64,000 nucleotides of DNA from the human T2T-CHM13v2.0 reference genome, Homo sapiens: NCBI RefSeq assembly GCF_009914755.1, contig NC_060927.1, one strand, 5' to 3'. Positions 1 to 13,328 of this stretch are shown piece after piece (position 1 is the stretch's first letter; each line of letters starts with the position of its first letter). Under the pieces are notes generated by a model. It worked only from the letters and a program-made list of their open reading frames with translations, was not told the DNA's origin and did not search any database. The position numbers were made by a program, and so were the translations under genes.

Positions 1-780
1 CGTAGTTACACTACCATTTATTACATTCTTACCATGAACCAGGTCCTGTGATATAGACTTTATATGCTTTGTCTCAGTCCTACAGTAAGTGTGAGGTAAG
101 GGGTTATTACTGTCAGCATTTTACAGATGCATACTGGGTATGAGTGGTCAGAATTCAAACCCAGAGAGCGATGCCAGGATCCATATGCTATTGTGATTGC
201 ACCACCTTTCTCACTCAGGTACCCCTATTGGTGCTTTGTAACCTAAGCTAGAATCTTTGAGGTCAGGGATCCCAAGCTTCTCTTTCCTACTTCTGTCCCT
301 GCAGTGCTGAAAGATATCCTAAGATCCTGCTCCCACACATATACGGGCTGTAGCCAGCTACAGTCTTTGTTTATCTTCCCATGCTCAGGATTGGAAGTGG
401 CTGAAGATCTTGCTCCTGAGCCTCTCTGGTGAGAGATCAGAAACTGAAAGGAAAAATGGGAGTGAGAGAGAGAGGGCTTGGGGAGAACAACTGCAGCCTT
501 GATCACAGCTTGGGGTGGGGAAGAGGGTTAGCGTCCAGCCATGTTTGTTGGGAATGGATGGTACATAAATGAATCTGTGTGTGAGGATCACATTGTATAT
601 GTAGCAGAGTCAACTGTTGAGATACGCAGGTGTGCGAAGTAGGTGGTAACCACTTGGACTTGCTGAAACTTGAATTAATTTTAAGCAATACACTTGGATC
701 TCAGTTTCATTTGATTATGACACTTGTATTTTGTAGTCTGAGACTACGTAATTCATAGTGTGTTCATGTATTATGAATCT

Positions 781-1071
781 TTTTTTTTTTTTGAGACGGA
801 GTCTTGCTCTGTTGCCCAGGCTGGAGTGCAGTGGCCTGATCAGCTCACTGCAAACTCCGCCTCCCAGGTTAACGCCATTCTCCTGCCTCAGCCTCCCGAG
901 TAGCTGGGACTACAGGCGCCCGCCACCACGCCTGGCTAATTTTTTATATTTTTAGTAGAGATGGGGTTTCACCATGTTAGCCAGGATGGTCTCGATCTCC
1001 TGACCTCGTGATCCGCCCGCCTCGGCCTCCCAAAGTGCTGGGATTACAGGCGTGAGCCACCGCGCCTGGCC
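781..1071 (-). mobile_element. AluY, full length
   Basis: Poly-T then GAGACGGAGTCTTGCTC...CGCGCCTGGCC. AluY-type ACGCCATTCTCC and TTAGCCAGGATGGTCTCGATCTCC. 17-bp TSD TCATGTATTATGAATCT at 764-780 and 1073-1089. Confidence 0.95.
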
Positions 1072-1352
1072 CTCATGTATTATGAATCTGATAGGACAAT
1101 GAAAAATTTATCACAGTGTTGTACCAATAAATTATAACTACTTTAAGCAAAATTTAAAGAAAAATAGACCTCCATACCTCCAATTCTGATACTCCAGTAG
1201 GTCCCCATTTTTATTTCTCTATGTCCATTGCTAACCCTTGTTCATATGTATACATAATTGAATCATAACAGATAAACTGTTACGTGTTGTTTTCTTTTCA
1301 TTACTATTATCTTAAGCATCCTCCCTTTCCCCCAATTCTGTATACCCTATAA

Positions 1353-1756
<404 letters not shown>

Positions 1757-2287
1757 AAGACTGTGTCTGAATTACATTCCCCGCCCCGATATCCATCCAG
1801 TTGGTGTTAGTTCATTTTTATTAAAATGCATTGATGGGCATTAGGACGTGTCTGTCTGTGAGCTGTTGTAAATAGTGTTGTTGTCAACAATGTCATGAAT
1901 ATGGTGTTTTTTCCCTTTCTTTGGAATGATTTGCTTGAAATAAATTCCCAGGAATGAGATTAACCAAATCCAAAAATATAATTATTTTATGTTTTAAAAA
2001 CATACTGCAATATTGCCTTTTTAAAAGATTGTACCAATTTACTCTGCTATTAGAAATGTATGAATACAGTACTTAATTTCAATCTTATCAACAGTAAATA
2101 TTATAATTTAAAATTAAAAAAACTAATTGGTATAATTGTTTTTATTTCTGTTTCTTTACTGTAATTGGTGAGATTGAATTTTTTTAGTTTACTAATTTTA
2201 ATTCCACTGTGAAAAATTTCTCTTTGTGTCATGTGCCTTTTAATATAGTAAATTCTTAATGTTACTCCTGAGAATTTGAGATCTTTA

Positions 2288-2646
<359 letters not shown>

Positions 2647-3159
2647 ACCCATTGTTAATCAATCTTCAGAAAAGTGATACCTCATTTCTACTTTATGCTA
2701 TATTTAGCAAATATAACTTGATTTAAAAGCATCTAACCACCTGGAATTTTTTTTTAAATACCTAAAAGTATTCCCATAAGTAAATAAGTATTCTGAGACC
2801 CATTGGTTTATGATGGCCCTCATAATCATGTGTTTAAATTCTAACATAAAATAGGATTGATTTCCAGGCTTTCTATTTTGCTCCATTAATCACTGAATCT
2901 TTTTTTTTTCTTCACAGCAGTATGTTAAACTATTATTAGTTACTTAGAGATTCTTTTAATTTCTGGTGGGACTATTATCCATTCATTGAGTATATTTCAA
3001 GTACATTTGTTTCAGCATTCTCTGTACTTTATTAAATATTTAAAATACTTCGTAATTTTAAAGTGTAAGAATACATACCATGTAACCGTCACCCAGATTT
3101 AAAAAATGTTAATCTGGTATGCACTCATTTAGTTTTCCACACTCTTTTGCTTTTTTCCA

Positions 3160-3725
<566 letters not shown>

Positions 3726-4173
3726 TACACATTTCTCATGGTTATATTGAGCTCATCAAATCTTAACATTGAAAAAGTGAGAGGGAACATTGTGTAACAT
3801 TATGAATATGAAGCATTATTGCGAAGTTCTTTTTCTCCCAATTTTACTGACTGACTTCTCCTTTACTTCATCTTTTATTGAAGCCAAGAATCGTGTTGAT
3901 TACTGTGGGAATAGATCTCCACTGAGGAAAGAGCGCAGAGACCCTGCCTCACAATTATGAAGCTCAAAGAGCACTTGCCAGTTGTGAGGTCAAATTTGTG
4001 ACCCCAAAAAACTAGTTTCTTCTTCCTTCCAAACAGAGGTAGATTTATAAAGTGGATTGGAGGGAGAGTTTGGGGAAAGTGATCCCTGCTACCTCTCTCC
4101 CTTCCTGGATAATTCAGGGGAAGAAGTGAGATGGGAGACCTAATCCTGTCAGGTCCTCAGGTGAGGTGACTGA

Positions 4174-4593
<420 letters not shown>

Positions 4594-4889
4594 TGAGAGA
4601 CCATTCTTTGCTTGCCATGTCTTAGCCATGATTGTTTCTGCTAAGTGGAGTTTGGCATGGTGGGGGGTTACAGTGTTTCCAGTAGGCATAAGGTAGGCTA
4701 TGGAAATGGGATCCTAAAGTGGTTTGGAAGACCTACAGACCTCTGTAGTGAGAGGAATCTGTTAGAGCTGTTGGGGTAGTGAGAACAAGTGGCTTGCCTC
4801 AGTAGGACTGCCTATGCCAAGAAACTGCTCAGATCTAATTGGAACATGAGTCTAATAAGACACACCATGAAAGAATCTGCATTGCAGGC

Positions 4890-5250
4890 TATATTAGTCT
4901 GTTTTCACACTGCTGATAAAGACATACCCGAGACTGAGTAATTTATAAAGAAAAGAGGTTTAGTGGAGTCACAGTTATATATGGCTGGGGAGGCCTCACA
5001 ATCATGGCAGAAGGCTAAAGGCATGTCTTACATGGCAGCAGGCAAGAGAAAATGAGGACCAAGCGAAAGGGTTTTCCCCTTATAACACCATGAGATCTTG
5101 TGAGACTTATTCACTACCATGAGAACAGTATGGGAAAAACCGCCCCTGTAATTAAATTATCTCCCACTGGGTCCCTCCCATAACACGTGGGAATTATGGG
5201 AGCTGCAATTCAAGATGAGATTTGGGTGGGGACACAGCCAAACCATATCA
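4890..5250 (-). mobile_element. Solo THE1 (MaLR) LTR
   Basis: Ends GGGGACACAGCCAAACCATATCA, the reverse complement of the THE1 LTR start; 5-bp TSD CAGGC at 4885-4889 and 5251-5255. Confidence 0.92.
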
Positions 5251-5762
5251 CAGGCCATCCATGTGAAGGAGCCAGCCACCAGACCAACAACTTGAAGGAA
5301 GGGGAATCCCTGAAATACAGTTTGAGCTGGAGAGTTATTGAGATGATACATAAAACAATTTCTTGACAGCACCATGTTTACTGGATTAGACTTTAATAAA
5401 GTTTTTTTTTTTTTTTGCTCCAGGCAGACTGAGGTCTCAGAAGTGTCTGTGCAGTTATAACAAAAACGGTAGTTTACTTTTACTGAGTTTTGTAGCACAA
5501 TGAGAACTGAAACAACATTAATAGCAATGCTAGGAAGTGAGTTACGTTTTTATGAACTTCACTCCACCCCCAAAGTTGCAGCTAATAGAGATGTAATAGA
5601 CCAGTTCTGTGTTTTAAAATGCCATTCAGAATGTTTCAGCTTAAGATGATGAGTTGAGCACAGACATCCAACTCTCTAACTCCCCACCCTTGTGGCCTGA
5701 TATTGACCTGAAAAGAATAAAAGACTACATAAAGAGAAGAGAGTGAATCTCAACATACCACT

Positions 5763-6141
5763 TGTCTGAATCTGTTAGTGCTGCTATAACAGAATACCTG
5801 AGACTGGGTAATTTATAAAGAACAGAAATTTTATTTGTCATAATCATGGAGGCTGGGAAGTCCAATTAAGGCACTGGAAGTTTTGGTATCTGGTGAGGGT
5901 GTGGTCTTTGCTTCAAAGATAGAACCTTGAACGCTGCATCCTCTGGAGGGGAGAAATGCTGTGTACTCAGAAAGTGGAAGGGCAAAAGGGAACCAAACTT
6001 CTTCCATCAAGCCTCTTTATAATACCATTAATCAATTCCCTCATGACCTACACACCTCCCAAAAGACGCCACCCCAACATTGTTGCTTTGGGAATTAAAT
6101 TTCCAACACGTGAATTTGTGGGACACATTCAGACCATAGCA
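5763..6141 (-). mobile_element. Solo MaLR LTR (MST/MLT1A-like)
   Basis: TGCTGCTATAACAGAATACCTGAGACTGGGTAATTTATAAAG...GGACACATTCAGACCATAGCA. Confidence 0.8.
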
Positions 6142-7112
6142 CCACTTTATTGCTTCTAATTGATGACTTTCTTCAGGCTGGTGTAGATGGGTCTGACTGA
6201 AGTCTTCTTTGAGAAAGACTCAAGACCTTTTCTGAGAAAGTTTACAGTAATTAGAGTATATCCACACAAGATTTTACTAATGTCCCTGAGTTTGGAGGCA
6301 CTAGATAGGGCATGCTAAGTGACTATGGAGGAATCAAATGAGAATGTCAATACTTGTTGCAAAAGCCCAGTAGCAATAGAAGCTCTGCTAAACAAAGCCT
6401 AAGAAGGATAGGTCTTTTCTCTAACATGGAGGAATAGTAAAAGGAAAGAAACTACATACAACAAGGCCTAAGGTCAGTATGTGGTGGATCGGTGGCATCA
6501 AATACAAGAGAAACCACTGTGCTTCCTCAGTGATAGTTTTTGCCAAATTCTTTTTTTTTCCTGGGAGTGGGCCAGATTTCTTTGTATGCTTTGTAATTTT
6601 TTGTTGTTGTTGAGAACAAGACATTCTGAATATTAACTCCAGAGTGGTAACTCTGGAAATTTGATTCTTTTACTACTTAAGAATTGTTTATTTTTGCTTG
6701 TTGAGTGCTGCAGCCATCCATTTGTGACTTTTCTGAACTATTTTTTGCAAGATGTGTATTCCTTATTTGTGGTCACTGAAGTTTCTCATCCATTATGGGT
6801 GGTCAGCCAGTCACCAAAACAAGACTGCCCAACCCCCCGGCCCCCGGGCAGTCTGTCCCTTCATTGAGCACTAACCTGGTTGTTTTAAGTATCTGATCAA
6901 GTTCCAGATTTCTGAATTAGTTGATTCCAATTGCTCTTTCCAGCCCAGTGGTTGCTTTGGTGGAGAGACCAACTCCTAGAGCTTCCTATGCCGCCATTTT
7001 GTGTGGTCACTTGTCCTCAATAATGTTTTACAGTTTTATGTGTAGCATTTTAAAGACCTTTGATGGATTTATTCCTAGATACTTGACATTTTAATGCTAT
7101 TATAAATTGCAT

Positions 7113-7612
7113 TGTGATAGGCAGAATAATGCCTCCCCCTAAATATATCCATGCCCTAATCTCTAGAACCCATGAATATATTGCCTTATACATATTACAC
7201 ATGGCAAAAGAGACTTTGTAGATGTGGTTAAGGTTAAGAACCTCGAGATGGGGAGATTATCCTGGATTATCTGCATGGGCCCAACCTAATCACCTGAGAC
7301 CTTAAAACTGGAAATCCTTTCCTGACTATAGTCAGAAGGGTATGTGACTTCGGAAGAAGATGAAAGTGATGCAATGTTACTGGCTCTAAGAATGAAAGAA
7401 GGGATCCATAAGCCGGAAAAGGCAAGAAAATAGATCCTCCACTAGAGGCTCCAGAGATCAATACAGCCCTGCTTATACCTTGATTTTAGCCTGATGATAC
7501 CTGTGTCAGACTTCTAATTTATTGAACTGTAAGATGATAAATTTGTCTATACATTTAAAACATTTTTAAAGCAGTAAGTTTGTTATAATTTGTTATGGCA
7601 GTGACAGAAAAT
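7113..7612 (+). mobile_element. MLT1 (MLT1C/D-like) LTR
   Basis: TGTGATAGGCAGAATAATGCCTCCCC...GAGATTATCCTGGATTATC...TTTGTTATGGCAGTGACAGAAAA. Confidence 0.8.
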
Positions 7613-7936
7613 AAAGTGGATTTTTAAAAATTTAATTTGGCCAGTGTTAATGTAGAAATATAATTGGCATTTTTATATTGAGTTTATATCCATTTATCTT
7701 ACTAAACTACTAATTCTCATAATTAATTTGTAGATTACTTTAGACTTACATCATTTGTAAATAATCACAGTTTTGTTTCTGTCTTTTAAATCCTCATACT
7801 TTTTATTTATTTCTCTTATTAAACTAGCTAGAACCTCTGGTACCGTGTTGAATAGCAGTGATGATAGTGGGCTTTCTTGCCTTATTCCCAATCTCAATAA
7901 TTTCATTATTAAGTATGATCTTTACTGTAACTTTTA

Positions 7937-8087
7937 TTATTATTATTATACTTTAAGTTCTAGGATACATGTGCACAACATGCAGGTTTGATACATAGGT
8001 ACACATGTGCCATGTTGGTTTGCTGCACCCATCAACTCGTCACTTTTACATTAGGTATTTCTCCTAATGCTCTCCCTCCCCCAGCCC
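7937..8087 (-). mobile_element. Severely 5'-truncated L1PA (3' terminal ~150 bp)
   Basis: (TTA)n tail, then TACTTTAAGTTCTAGGATACATGTGCACAACATGCAGG; TSD TACTGTAACTTTTA at 7923-7936 and 8088-8101. Confidence 0.92.
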
Positions 8088-8165
8088 TACTGTAACTTTT
8101 AATAGATATTCTTTATGAGATGAAGGGGAATCCCTCTGTTTCTAGTTTTAGCAAGGTTTTTTCCT

Positions 8166-8526
8166 TTCTTTTCTTTCCTTCCTTCCTTCTCTTTTCTTTC
8201 CTTCTCTTTTCTCTCTTCTTTTCTTTCTTTTTTTTTTGAGACAGAGTCTTATTCTGTAGCCCAGGCTAGAGTGCAGTGGTACAATCACAGATCACTGCAG
8301 CTTCAGTCTCCCAGGCTCAAGCAGTCCTCCTGCCCCAGTCTCCCAAAAGTTGGAACTATAGATACGTGTCACCATGCCCAGCTAATTTTTTTTTTATTTT
8401 TAGTAGAGATGAAGTCTCACTATGTTTGTTGTCCAGGTTGGTCTTGAACTCCTGAGCCCAAGCGATCCTTCCTCCTTGGCCTCCCAAAGTGCTGGGATTA
8501 GAGGTGTGATCCACTGTGCCCAGCCA
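8166..8526 (-). mobile_element. AluJ with CT-rich tail
   Basis: J-type body; flanking AAGGTTTTTTCCTT repeated as TSD. Confidence 0.88.
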
Positions 8527-11500
8527 GTAAGGTTTTTTCCTTAATTTATAATTAGGAAAGAAAAGAAGGCTGAATTTTATCAGATGCTCTTTTGAAATCT
8601 ATTGCGATGAACATAGGATTTTTATCCTTTAATCTATTAATGTAGCCAATTACATTGATTGATTTGTTATGTTAAATCTTTCATCCCTGAAATAAACTAA
8701 TATTTGTAATGATATATTAGCTCCCTCTCCCCTTTTTAAAATTTGATGTTTGATTTACTATTTGTAAATATGTATACTATATAGTATTATACAGCAAACT
8801 TCCCTGTATTTACTACTTTACCTGCATCTCCAAATTTTGTTACCTTCGTAACAAATATGTATACTATATTGTATAGTATAGACTATTTTGGCATCCATGC
8901 TCGCGAATGATATTGGGCTCTAAATTTTCTTTTTATACTGTCCTCATCGGGTTTTGTGCTATCAAGATTGTGATAGCCTCATACAATGAGTTGGGGAGGA
9001 TATACCTTTTTCTTTCATTCTCTGGAAGACTTTATGTAACATTGGCATTGTTTTTTCCATATTAATTTTGTGGAAGCCCAATTGAATGCTTCTGGGCGTG
9101 GAGATTTCTTTGCAGGAAGATTTTAATTACAGATGCAGTCTATTTCATAGGAAGATTTCAGATTTTAAAAATTTTCTTTCTGTTGTATTTTTCTGAAAAA
9201 ATTTTCATTTCCTGTTAAACTTGTAAATGTAGTGGCGTAAAGTTATTCATATTATTTTATTTTTAATTATTATAGAATCTGCACTTATGTCTTTTTCATT
9301 CATGAAAAAGAGGTTATTTGTGACCTCTCATTTTTCTTGATCAATCTCACTAGAAGTTTATCCATGCTATTTGTCTTTTCAAAGGACTTTAAATTTAACT
9401 TTAATCTTCTTTATTGTATGTTTGTTTTCCCTTTTATTAATTTTTGCTCTCATCTTTACTAACTTCTTCCTTCTATCCTTTGTTTTTGCTTTTCTTTTTC
9501 TAACTTGGGCTAGTGTTTAACTGTTTAGTTTTCCACCTTTTTATTTTTTAATATATGAGTTTAGGCTGTAAACTTCTCTGTATTTACTACTTTGTCTGCA
9601 TCTCCAAATGTTGCTATCTTCATTTTCATTCAGTTCCAAAAATTTTCTAATTTATATTATGAATATATTCTTTGATCCATTTGTTATTTAAAAGTGTATT
9701 TCTTAATTTCAAAATACATGAGGATTTTCTAGTTATTTTTTGTAACTGATTTCTAGCTTGGCTGAATACTTTTAAAATAATATACTCTTATGATTTCAGT
9801 CCTTTGAAATATGTTGCGACTGTACAATGGACACTTAATTTTAAGAAATGTTCCATACTTTAAAACAACATATATATTTTGCAATTTTTGGTTGCAGTAT
9901 TCTATAAAGATCCATCAGGCCAACTTTGTTTTATATTCTTCAAATCTCTTATACCTCGACTAATATTTGTCTGTTTGTTCTATCGTTATTTTAACCTCTC
10001 CTATTGCTTCTGGATGTGTCCGTGTTTCCTTGTTTGCTTGGTAAACTTGGAGGCCATGTTTTCGAGTCTGCAGAGGGCCTAATGAGTTGGAGCTGGCATG
10101 ACTGAAATGTCAGTGGATGGGTAGGCTTCATGCCACTGTCTGTGGTCCTGAAATGTCGTGCTCAAGATCCATTTTTAATTTTTTCTCCTAACCTGGGACA
10201 GCAGTGGTTCCTATGGATTCTTGCAGGGATTCTGAGACTGGGTAGGGGAAAGGTAACAAGTTGGGGAGAAAGGAGAGAGGAGAGAAACAGACAAGGGATC
10301 AGGAAAGCAGAGTTGCCAAAGGATTACCAGGGAGAAAAAAGAGAGGTTGTTATTTTGAAATGTTTTCAAATATTCCTGGTTGACAAAAAGGAAATTATTA
10401 CTTTTGCAGAGAAAGTTTTGAGGGCTTTCCCCTATTGCTTCCCACAATACCCTCAAATGCTACCCTTGTGAAGATGGGTATTTTGTATCCCTCAAACACA
10501 ACAGAAAGCTCAGCTTCTTGCTCTGTGAAGTCCAGAGGTGACCCTGCTCAGACTCCATGCACAGCATCCTGTTCTCTTTGGCTAGAATTCCTCTCCCCAA
10601 CCCCCCATTTATAGTCCATCTGGAGAACTACTCATCCTAAACACTCTTTTGGCTCAGAAGCCCTGGAGGCCTTAGCTCATCAACTCAGGCAAGTTGAATT
10701 CCTCTTTCTCCTCCAGGTATCAAGAGAAGCCTGCTAACTCCTTTCTCATAGCTCTGGTTATATTATTCATGTTCATGACTGTCTGTTGCCCACCTAGAGA
10801 TACTTGCGGGCAGAGGACTGGTGTTCTAGTCATCTTTGTCACCCTAGCCCCATACACAATTATTGGCACATAGGAGGTACTTAATATGTATTGAATCGAG
10901 TGAGTGAAATGATTTCTGAAGTCAGTGGATATATCATATATTGGACAGTTGAATCACTTTTATATTAGTTTGCTCAAAAACATTTATTAAGCTCATTCTC
11001 CATGCCAAGCATCATGTTTGGTGCTAAGATTACATCTTTGAACAAACTGTCCTCATATTGTTCAGGAAAACCCCTAAGTAGATAGGCAGCCATATATGGT
11101 AGAAGACAGGAACTGTGACAAGAAATATATTTTTATAAATCCCACATTGAGAGTTCAGCTGGCAGTAAATAGGAGTAGGGTGGGGTTTGTGCAGGTTAAA
11201 GTCTATAAAATGCCATGGCAAGAGGTTGAATTAGAGCCTGATTATGAAGTTAGGAGGCCCAAAACACAGTGGGCACATATTCACAGATCTTGTTGAGGAA
11301 CAGATGGAGGGATCAACTGTGTTCACTGCCCTTTATTTATCTTATTTCTCTCTCCACCCCTGTGAAGCCAAGACATTATACAGTAGCTAGGAAAGACTCA
11401 CGGCTGAATCTGGGCATGGAACAACTTCCATATGGAATGTTGGCCACTTGGTGGTGCTATTTGCTTCTTCAAATTCTCGTTATTTAAAATATTTCTTTCT

Positions 11501-12230
11501 TGTACCGTTGATTCTGGGATCAGCCTGGATGTGTCAAACACTGCCTGCCAGGCTTAGAGCTCAGTGCATTTCTTCCCTTTTATTCCTGCTGATGGGATTG
11601 CTGGCCATGACCGGTGAGAGGAATCAAGGAACCCATTACTATGAGTTCTCAGGATTCATCTTCAAATCTCAAATGATGTGGTCAATTAAACCAAATTAAA
11701 AACAAGCTCTTGTTAAAAGCAAGTTAAAAACAAGCTCTTGACCTTGAGAAGAAATGATTGGTATTAGGAAGACTGTTGAGCTGATACTGCCCTTCATTCA
11801 TTCTCTACCCTGGTGCTTGGATACAGGAGCAAAGTAAGAAAATAATCACAGCTTTATTGAGGGCTCTATGAGCAAGGCTTGGTGAGGATGGAAGAGAATG
11901 GAGCTATCAGTTGATGAGAACCTACTAGGTGTTGAGCTCCTTACATTCATTGCCTATTTAAAACTTTCTAACAACTTCATGTGTAAGCGTTGTCCCGATT
12001 TAAAAAAAAAAATAGATGTGGAAACTGAACCTGGAGAAGGTGTGTAATTTGTCCAAGGTTGCACAGGCAAAGGGGCAAAATTCAGCTTTAAACCCAGGAC
12101 TGTTTCCACAGCTCCAAGTTCCCTTTATTCATGGGATTTGTAAGATGGAGCCCCTGCCACTGTAGCATTTATAACTTACTTTGGAGAATAAGATTCCTGA
12201 AAGTACGTTTAATAAAAAAAAAAGATGTCC

Positions 12231-12533
<303 letters not shown>

Positions 12534-13328
12534 GACGCCAACAACTTAATATTAATGAAAGATATCTTTGCTGACATGTAAATGGTCACAATATATTGTT
12601 AAGTGAGAAAAAGCAAGCTTGAGACTAGCAAGGTAGTCTTTAGCAGAGGCAAATATTGAGATTTATTGTACCCTCCACCCAGATCAAGGTAGCATAGAAG
12701 GCTTCCTCAAGTTTTCTTACAGTCAGTCTCCTCCCAAGGGTTAGATATCATTATGATTTATATTACTATAGGTTAGTGTTATCTATTCTACATATAAATA
12801 AAATCATTTAATATGTACTCTTTTATGTTTAGATGCTTTCACCACAATATATCTGTGAGATTTATCCATGTTGTATGCAGCAGAGGCTTTTTAAAATTGC
12901 TGAATACTCTTCCATTGACTGAATATACCACAAGTTGATGGATATTTGGTTGGTTTTAGGTTTGGGACTATTGTGAATAAAGCTAGTATGAACATCCTTT
13001 TATATGCCTTTGGGATAACTTATTCAGTACTCCTTTTTGGAGAGAGATATATTATGTATATGTATCTATTTACATATGTATATGTAAATAGATACATATA
13101 CATAATATATGTATATGTATGCTAAACATATGCCTACCCTATAATAAAACAATTCCATTCACATATATATGTATTTGTATATATGTAAATATATAGCCTG
13201 TATGAAAAAGCAAGCTTGAGACTAGCATAATTAATTTGGTTGTAATACACACTTTTTTTGGTCATAATATACACATACGTAATATACACATACATATATA
13301 TGGGAATGGAACTGTTATAGGGTAGGCA

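Larger units (their letters stand above)
6520..10000 (-). mobile_element. Old L1M fragments, antisense, interrupted by MLT1, L1PA and Alu
   Basis: Long T-rich decayed L1-like sequence, e.g. GATAGCCTCATACAATGAGTTGGG and AATTACATTGATTGATTTG. Boundaries approximate. Confidence 0.7.

Noticed and set aside
11448-12222. Hydrophobic 83-aa ORF with downstream AATAAA as a small gene
   Set aside because: The start is non-ATG and there is no recognisable homology. The AATAAA (12211) is part of a genomic A-run next to an Alu.
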